From Gemmatimonadota bacterium (GTDB lineage: Bacteria > Gemmatimonadota > Gemmatimonadetes > Longimicrobiales > Gaopeijiaceae), in the NCBI GenBank assembly GCA_039589315.1, contig JBDHHQ010000158.1, positions 1-14,634 of the forward strand: 14,634 nucleotides of DNA, written 5' to 3'. This document shows, piece by piece, positions 9,354 to 14,634 of this stretch. Position 1 is the first letter of the stretch. Each line of letters begins with the position of its first letter. A program made the position numbers and the translations under genes. Below the pieces are notes generated by a model. It ran no database searches and had not been told where the DNA came from. It saw nothing but the letters and a program-made list of their open reading frames with translations.

Positions 9354-9851
9354 ATGTACCGGGAGACCGTGACATTCACACTGTTCCTGATGACTGCGTG
9401 CGGCGGCGACGGTCCGTCGGACCCGGTCGCTCCTCCACCGCCGCCTCCCCCATCCGACGTCTGGCAGGTGACGGGGACGTGGCAGGCGGTGCTCGAGGGT
9501 GGCAACGACAGCGGGGCCCGCTGTGAGGGCTCCGGCTCCCTATCCATCGCACAGGCCGGACAGAGCTTCACGGGCGAGCTGCAGTACGCGTCCGGATCCA
9601 TGTGCTCCAACGGCTCCGGGTTCGAGCAGCCCCTTCAGGCCGCTTTCGTGACCGAGGGTCGAGTCACGGACGGGGCGGCCACCTTCAAGCTCGGCGCGCC
9701 GCCGAATGCCTGCGAAGTGAACGTGAGCCTGGAGGGCGAAGTGAGCTCGGCCAGCAAGATGGCCAAGAAGATGTCGGGGTCCATGACCTGCGACCTGTCC
9801 CTGAACGGGATCCCGCACGCAGTAGCCGGGACTATCACCGCAGAACGCTAG
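9354..9851 (+). CDS. Hypothetical lipoprotein (165 aa), probably a small disulfide-bonded beta-barrel
   Basis: Perfect SD. Signal peptide II MYRETVTFTLFLMTA-C (Cys16 at 9399-9401), GGDGPSDP tether, seven consecutive prolines, then beta-strand-rich sequence with four more Cys. The ORF-track start at 9009 overlaps the divergent gene and is rejected. Confidence 0.85.
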   Translation: MYRETVTFTLFLMTACGGDGPSDPVAPPPPPPPSDVWQVTGTWQAVLEGGNDSGARCEGSGSLSIAQAGQSFTGELQYASGSMCSNGSGFEQPLQAAFVTEGRVTDGAATFKLGAPPNACEVNVSLEGEVSSASKMAKKMSGSMTCDLSLNGIPHAVAGTITAER

Positions 9852-9890
9852 CTGCAGTACGCGGGGCTACGGGGACCATCCTCGTAGGTA

Positions 9891-9926
9891 CCGGCCCGCC
9901 AACCCGAAGTGGGGTAGGCGGGCCGG
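9891..9926. terminator. Stem-loop between the convergent lipoprotein and murB genes; possible bidirectional terminator
   Basis: CCGGCCCGCC (9891-9900) pairs perfectly with GGCGGGCCGG (9917-9926), extended by ACCC/GGGT. No U-tract on either side. Confidence 0.5.
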
Positions 9927-9962
9927 CCTCACTTCGGCCTGGAGGCTCCTGGGGGATCGTTC

Positions 9963-10844
9963 TCAGAATTCGCCAACGAACGTGATCTCGGGCCTCAGCG
10001 CGGCCGTGGCGCCGCCCAGATTCACGATGATGTTGGCGTGTTTGTGGAAGATCTGGGCGGATCCGTGTCGGTGGCCCTTGAGCCCGCACTCGTCGATCAG
10101 GCGGCCGGCCCCGATCCCCTCGATCTTCTGGAAGATCGAGCCGGCGCACGGATAGAGCCGGAGATCGGGGTGGCGCTCGGCCCGCCACTGCAGGTTCTCC
10201 CGGATGGTGTCACGCAGCGTTTCGGGGTCCTGTGGTGTCAGCCGGAAATCTACCGTCAGCACGACGTCGTCCCGGTCGTGGAGGACGCTGTAGTCGTAGC
10301 CGAACTCGAAGTAGTCGACGCCGACCCGGCTTCGCTCGCCTTCCTCCGTGAGGAGCTCTGCCGAATCCACCACCTCTTCGATGAAGACCGTCCGCTCCCG
10401 GTCGGGCGAGAGGAAGTGGAGATTCTGCCAGATGGCGCCACCCACCGTGGACGGAATGCCGACGAAATGGTGGAGGCCTCCAAGACCGCGGGCGACGGTC
10501 GCCTCGATCAGGTCGGGGAAGGTGTGGACGCCCGCGCCCGCTCGCACCAGGGTGTCTTCCAGGAACTCGGTACCGGCTACCTCGGAGCGGATGACCAGCC
10601 CCCGGAACCCCCGGTCGCCCACGAGGATGTTGGCGCCGGCGCCCAGGAGGAAGTGGGGCACACCCAGCTCCCGCGCGGCCAGGATGGCGGTCGCCAGCTC
10701 GTCGGCGGTTCGGGCCGCGTAGAACAGGTCCGCGGGGCCGCCGATACGGAAGGTGGTGAGGGGTCCCAGGAGCACGTCTCGCTGGATCCGCGCGGCGCCC
10801 AGGCGAGCCTCGAGGGCGGCGGCGATGGTAGATATTCCGGGCAT
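9963..10844 (-). CDS. murB: UDP-N-acetylmuramate dehydrogenase (MurB) family flavoprotein; atypical, with the C-terminal helix missing (293 aa)
   Basis: TTFRIGGPAD, LLGAGANILVGDRGFRGLVI, GIPSTVGGA, CAGSIF, AGRLIDECGLKG, KHANIIVNLGGAT and terminal PEITFVGEF are MurB hallmarks. Deviations are described in the findings. Confidence 0.88.
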   Translation of the reverse strand: MPGISTIAAALEARLGAARIQRDVLLGPLTTFRIGGPADLFYAARTADELATAILAARELGVPHFLLGAGANILVGDRGFRGLVIRSEVAGTEFLEDTLVRAGAGVHTFPDLIEATVARGLGGLHHFVGIPSTVGGAIWQNLHFLSPDRERTVFIEEVVDSAELLTEEGERSRVGVDYFEFGYDYSVLHDRDDVVLTVDFRLTPQDPETLRDTIRENLQWRAERHPDLRLYPCAGSIFQKIEGIGAGRLIDECGLKGHRHGSAQIFHKHANIIVNLGGATAALRPEITFVGEF

Positions 10845-11031
10845 GCTTCGCGCACGGGGTTCGCGGGAGCTCGACGACGCAACATAGCCGTGAGCCGACC
10901 GGCCTCATAGGCTGGTCCTTGCGGGAACGCACCCCACGCTTGAAACCTTCAGCCCTCGTTGAATGGACCGTAACCGTGCCGGCTCCGGGCGGAAGCTCCC
11001 ATCTCCCTCGACACACGACGAAAGCAGCGCG

Positions 11032-12864
11032 ATGAAGCTCTCCCTTCTGGTGACCCTCCTGATCGGAATCGCCCTGCCGTCACCTGCTTGGGCTCAGGAC
11101 CCGGTCTGGTACGAGGTGTCGTTCCCGAACGCGGCTCACCACGAAGCCGAGATCGTCGTCACGTTTCCAGACCTGGAGGAGGGCACCCTGGAGCTGCGCA
11201 TGAGCCGGAGCTCGCCGGGTCGCTACGCCCTCCACGAGTTCGGCAAGAACGTCTACGACGTCCGCGTGGTTGACGGGATGGGCAGCTCTCTGCCGGTCCG
11301 GCGCCCCGATCCGTATCTATGGGTAGTGGACCACCCTGCCGGCGACGTCCGCGTCTCGTACACCCTGTTCGCCGATCTGGGCGACGGCACCTACAGCGGG
11401 ATCGACCGGTCCATGGCCCATCTGAACATGCCAGCCACGCTCATGTGGGCCCGGGGGCTCGAGGATCAGCCGGTCCGGGTCGACTTCCGTCCCCCGGATG
11501 GCAGCGGCTGGCAGGTGGCCACTCAGCTCGTGCCCACGGGGCAGCCCTACACCTACACGGCGTCGGACCTTCAGTACCTCATGGACAGCCCGACCCACCT
11601 GGGGCGCATGGACGTCAGAGAGTGGAAGGTGGGTCCCCGGAACGAGTACACCGTACGGCTTGCCGTTCACCACGAGGGGACGAGCTCAGAGGTGGACGAC
11701 TTCGAAGAGGATGTCCGGCGAATCGTGGACGTGACGGGCGACATCTGGGGGGAGTTTCCACGCTTCGACTTCGGCACCTACACGTTCATCTCCGCCTATC
11801 TGCCGTGGGCCGGCGGCGACGGCATGGAGCATCGCAACTCGACGAGCCTGACGAGCACGGGGGGCCTGGACAGAAACGTGCTGGATCTGGCCGGCACGGT
11901 GGCCCACGAGTTCTTCCACGCTTGGAACGTCGAGCGACTCCGGCCGGCGAGCCTCGAGCCCTTCGACTTCGAGCGGGCCAATCTGTCCGGGGAGCTCTGG
12001 TTCGCGGAAGGATTCACCAGCTACTACACGACCCTGATTCTGCGCCGAGCCGGCCTCATCGACGACGACGGCTTCGCTTCCAGGATCGGCAACGACGTTT
12101 CCCTCGTCAGCAACGGCCCCGGGCGCCGGTTCCGCTCACCGGTGGAGATGAGCATGCACGCGCCCTTCGTCGATCGCGCCGTGTCCGTGGATCCGAACAA
12201 CCACGGGAACACGTTCGTCTCCTATTACACGTGGGGCAGCGTGGTGGCCATGGGCCTGGACCTGGAGCTGCGGCACCGGTTCGGGGGCGCGGGGCTCTCA
12301 CTGGACGCATTCATGCGCGCGGCATGGGAGCGATTCGGCCGAGATGAGACGCCCTATGCCGTCGACGACCTGGAAGGCGTGCTCGCCGACCTGACGGGGG
12401 ACAGCGACTTCGCGTCCCTCTTCTTCGACCTCTACATCCGCGGCCGGCAGCTCCCCGACTTCGAGCGCTTGCTGCCCGAGGCGGGCATGGCGCTGCGGCC
12501 GAGGGATCCCGAAGCTGCCTGGGCCGGTCCCCTGCAGTTCAGAGCCGGAACGGACGGCGCCGTGTTGGATTCGTACACCCTCATCGGCACGCCGCTCTAC
12601 GACGCGGGTCTCGACCGAGGGGACCGCATCACGAGCCTGGCCGGCACCTCCGTGACGGCCGAGTCGGGCCTTGAGGGCATCCTGCAGGGCCTCGAGCCGG
12701 GCGATGAGGTCGAGATCGAGTTCTGGTCGCGAGGTGACGACTACAACGCCACGCTGGTGTTGGACGCCGATCCGGCCGTGGAGGTGGTGACCTTCGAGGC
12801 CTTGGACCGAGACATCACGCCCGAGATCGCGGCGTTCCGCTCCGCCTGGCTGGACGGACGGTAG
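11032..12864 (+). CDS. M61-family (glycyl) aminopeptidase with a C-terminal PDZ domain, secreted (610 aa)
   Basis: Signal peptide MKLSLLVTLLIGIALPSPAWA. Motifs SSPGRY, GMEHRNST, HEFFHAWN (HExxH), LWFAEGFTSYY and SYYTWG. PDZ-like GTPLYDAGLDRGDRITSL. ATG 11032 is preferred over 10963 because the signal peptide begins there. Confidence 0.93.
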   Translation: MKLSLLVTLLIGIALPSPAWAQDPVWYEVSFPNAAHHEAEIVVTFPDLEEGTLELRMSRSSPGRYALHEFGKNVYDVRVVDGMGSSLPVRRPDPYLWVVDHPAGDVRVSYTLFADLGDGTYSGIDRSMAHLNMPATLMWARGLEDQPVRVDFRPPDGSGWQVATQLVPTGQPYTYTASDLQYLMDSPTHLGRMDVREWKVGPRNEYTVRLAVHHEGTSSEVDDFEEDVRRIVDVTGDIWGEFPRFDFGTYTFISAYLPWAGGDGMEHRNSTSLTSTGGLDRNVLDLAGTVAHEFFHAWNVERLRPASLEPFDFERANLSGELWFAEGFTSYYTTLILRRAGLIDDDGFASRIGNDVSLVSNGPGRRFRSPVEMSMHAPFVDRAVSVDPNNHGNTFVSYYTWGSVVAMGLDLELRHRFGGAGLSLDAFMRAAWERFGRDETPYAVDDLEGVLADLTGDSDFASLFFDLYIRGRQLPDFERLLPEAGMALRPRDPEAAWAGPLQFRAGTDGAVLDSYTLIGTPLYDAGLDRGDRITSLAGTSVTAESGLEGILQGLEPGDEVEIEFWSRGDDYNATLVLDADPAVEVVTFEALDRDITPEIAAFRSAWLDGR

Positions 12865-12912
12865 CGGGGGAGCGCCGGGCCCAGGACCGCAGGACCGAAC
12901 CCCCTTACCGTG

Positions 12913-12934
12913 GGATCCCCCGGCCCGGGGATCC
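12913..12934. terminator. Stem-loop between the convergent M61 and DUF1579-like genes
   Basis: GGATCCCC-cggccc-GGGGATCC forms a perfect 8-bp stem in the 77-nt spacer between two stop codons. No clear U-tract. Confidence 0.5.
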
Positions 12935-12941
12935 GGGCTTC

Positions 12942-13478
12942 TCAGCCCTCCGTTCGCGTGTACAGTCCGTCGAAGGCGACCGTCCAGTCTCCGTCGGCCT
13001 TCCGGCTCTCCCAGAGCTGCCGCACGCGGTTCGGATCGCCGTCGACCACGCTCCACGTGATCCGCTGCTGGCTCACCGCTCCGTCGGGCCCAACCGTCTC
13101 TCCCTGCAGGACCATCTCCCCGTCTTCGAAGCCACCTTCCAGGCTCAGCAGTAGGCCGGACGAGTCCACCCAGCTCTGATGCCAAACACCTCGAGCCGCG
13201 TCGTAGATGTTGAAGCTCTCACCGTGGTATCCGCTCGTGGCCGTATAGCTCTCGTGGAGCACGCACCCGTTCATGGCCCGCTCGATCGTGTTCGTGCCCG
13301 CGACCTGTCCGTTGGGCGTCGTGACCGTCCATGTACCGACCCAGAAGTCGAACTGCCTGTGCTCGGGCGCCTGGCAGGGCGGTGAGGGTTGCTGAGCGCT
13401 GAGGGCCGCGGGCCGGTGAAGCGACACCACAGCGAGCAAGCCGAGGACAAGAGCTACGATCCAGGTGGGGCGGGTCAT
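12942..13478 (-). CDS. Secreted hypothetical protein, DUF1579-like beta-barrel (178 aa)
   Basis: AAGGAG 9 nt before ATG 13478. Signal peptide MTRPTWIVALVLGLLAVV...ALSA-Q. Family-typical C..PEHRQFDFWVGTW, GCVLHE, GESFNIYD...WHQSWVD and VRQLWE...W...FDGLY. Confidence 0.82.
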   Translation of the reverse strand: MTRPTWIVALVLGLLAVVSLHRPAALSAQQPSPPCQAPEHRQFDFWVGTWTVTTPNGQVAGTNTIERAMNGCVLHESYTATSGYHGESFNIYDAARGVWHQSWVDSSGLLLSLEGGFEDGEMVLQGETVGPDGAVSQQRITWSVVDGDPNRVRQLWESRKADGDWTVAFDGLYTRTEG

Positions 13479-13790
13479 GAGGCCGTTCTCCTTGGACGGT
13501 TGGCCGGGTCGGGTCCGGGCAACATACGCCTCGGACCGGTCCGGATTTCGACGTCGCAGGCCCGACCGCCGGCGCCATGCTACCGCTTCCTGCAATCGAT
13601 AGCCGGGCCCTCCGGGAAAGCCTGCAACTTCTGCGTGATCCGCCTCGTAGGGGCGGACGACCCTCGGTTCCATGTGTTCGCCTGCGGGACGACCGGTCCC
13701 GGAGGCGGTCGAGAGCATGGAGCGGTCCCGGTCGAGGTCTAATGGGTCAAGTGCATACACAGTATGGCTTTGAAGGTTGGTCCGGCCAAG

Positions 13791-13806
13791 TGGCACGGAC
13801 CTTTCC
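13791..13806 (+). promoter_or_regulatory. Imperfect sigma54-like element upstream of the TolC-family gene
   Basis: TGGCACGGACCTTTCC has a perfect -24 box (TGGCACG) and TT at the right spacing, but the -12 box reads TTTCC instead of TTGCW. Confidence 0.25.
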
Positions 13807-13830
13807 ATAGAGAACAAGCGGAAGGTGCAG

Positions 13831-13855
13831 AAAAAAGAAAGCCGGGATCCCCGGC
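13831..13855 (-). terminator. Intrinsic (Rho-independent) terminator on the minus strand with no annotated gene ending there
   Basis: Minus strand GCCGGG-gat-CCCGGC followed directly by TTTCTTTTTT. Confidence 0.6.
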
Positions 13856-13973
13856 CGGAGCGCGGATGAGGGGTGACGTGGGGTGGTGGCTTGCAGGCCA
13901 GCTCCGGTCGGCTTCCCGACTTTCAGACGGTTACCGAGGCTTTACGATTCGTTCTAGTACAGGAGTAGCGAAC

Positions 13974-14634
13974 GTGCAAGTAGTACGCTTCAGGCGGCGG
14001 TCCGGCCTGGCGGTGATGGCGGTGACGATGGCGGTGGCCGGGACCTCGCAGCAGAGTGCGGCACAAGAGCCGCCGCAGACGCTCACATTGGGTGAAGCCC
14101 TCGACCTCGCGGTCATGAACAACCCGACCTACCTGAGCCAGACGAACGATCAGGAGCCGGCCGACTGGGCAGTCCGCGAATCGTACGCTCAGTTCTTGCC
14201 CCAGCTCAACGTGGGCGGCGGGGTTCAGTACACGGGCGCGGGCGTCCAGACGTTCGGCGTGTTCACGAGCGGTGACATCGGGGCCGGGTCCACGGACTAC
14301 TACTTCTCCGACTACTTCGCCCAGCTCAGTTGGAGCGTGAACGGGCAGACGCTCTTTCAGCCCGGATCCGCGAAGGCGGATCAGAAGGCGACCGGCGCCC
14401 GGATCCGGGCCGCCCGCTTCGACCTGGAGTCGCTGGTGACACTCCAGTACACCGGTGCGCTTCTCGCCCGTGAGGCGGTCGAGGTGGCCGAGCAGCAGCT
14501 GGAGCGTGCCCTCGAGAACTACGAGATCGTCCAGGCCCGGGTCGACGCGGGTGCCGCGGTATCCACGGACGCCAAGTCCGCCGAGGTAACCTGGGGCCGT
14601 GCCAAGGTCACCGTGCTGGAGGCGGAGAACCTCT
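13974..14634 (+). CDS. TolC-family outer membrane efflux protein, 5' part; runs off the window
   Basis: Translated by hand from GTG 13974 (SD AGGAG at 13961-13965), open to the window end: MQVVRFRRRSGLAVMAVTMAVAGTSQQSAAQEPPQTLTLGEALDLAVMNNPTY...AVRESYAQFLPQLNVGGG...VTLQYTGALLAREAVEVAEQQLERALENYEIVQARVDAGAAVSTDAKSAEVTLGRAKVTVLEAENL. Signal peptide plus the LTL.EA...A..NNP, LP.L and ARV.AG....D....AE motifs of OEP/TolC proteins. Confidence 0.9.
   Translation, partial: MQVVRFRRRSGLAVMAVTMAVAGTSQQSAAQEPPQTLTLGEALDLAVMNNPTYLSQTNDQEPADWAVRESYAQFLPQLNVGGGVQYTGAGVQTFGVFTSGDIGAGSTDYYFSDYFAQLSWSVNGQTLFQPGSAKADQKATGARIRAARFDLESLVTLQYTGALLAREAVEVAEQQLERALENYEIVQARVDAGAAVSTDAKSAEVTWGRAKVTVLEAENL

Noticed and set aside
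10038..10910. 290-aa plus-strand ORF opposite murB, and the overlapping 10210..11016 (-) ORF
   Set aside because: Shadow or alternative-frame ORFs with no recognisable motifs; murB explains the region.
9191..13759. TGCATACA 8-mer in both divergent promoter regions (9191-9198 minus, 13752-13759 plus)
   Set aside because: A single 8-mer match with different flanks; not distinguishable from chance without a genome-wide count.
13479..13817. 113-codon N-terminal extension of the DUF1579-like ORF, and small ORFs 13389..13742 and 13577..13810
   Set aside because: The SD and signal peptide place the start at 13478; the extension and small ORFs lack motifs and clear RBSs.
12912..13856. GGGATCCCC(C)GGCC at 12912 and 13844 as direct repeats flanking a mobile DUF1579 cassette
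   Set aside because: Short, GC-rich and part of self-complementary hairpins; no integrase or transposase nearby, so chance similarity is sufficient.
1..14634. CRISPR array, tRNA/rRNA, IS/transposase, prophage or defence genes
   Set aside because: No regularly spaced repeats, cloverleaf or rRNA-like sequence, or matching protein motifs were seen.

Overview
GC-rich bacterial DNA; the gene content and style suggest Gemmatimonadota, which is an inference. The window holds 11 protein-coding loci. In order: secreted M14 Zn-carboxypeptidase-like protein (-), DUF2203 protein, MATE efflux transporter, alpha/beta-hydrolase (phospholipase/carboxylesterase), TerB-like protein (all +), a membrane-anchored SARP/BTAD-TolB-like-TPR regulator broken by a frameshift at ~7958 (-), a divergent small Cys-rich lipoprotein (+), an atypical stand-alone MurB (-), an M61 aminopeptidase with a PDZ domain (+), a secreted DUF1579-like protein (-), and the 5' part of a TolC-family gene (+) that the ORF track misses. 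I found no rRNA, tRNA, CRISPR array or transposase. Four points stand out. (1) The MurB has non-canonical active-site motifs and lacks its ~20-aa C-terminal helix. (2) The regulator appears to carry an internal deletion with a frameshift. (3) The regulator and lipoprotein look like a transmembrane signalling module. (4) An orphan minus-strand terminator and a structured region upstream of tolC may mark an unannotated sRNA or attenuator. All family calls come from motif recognition by eye; no database search was run.
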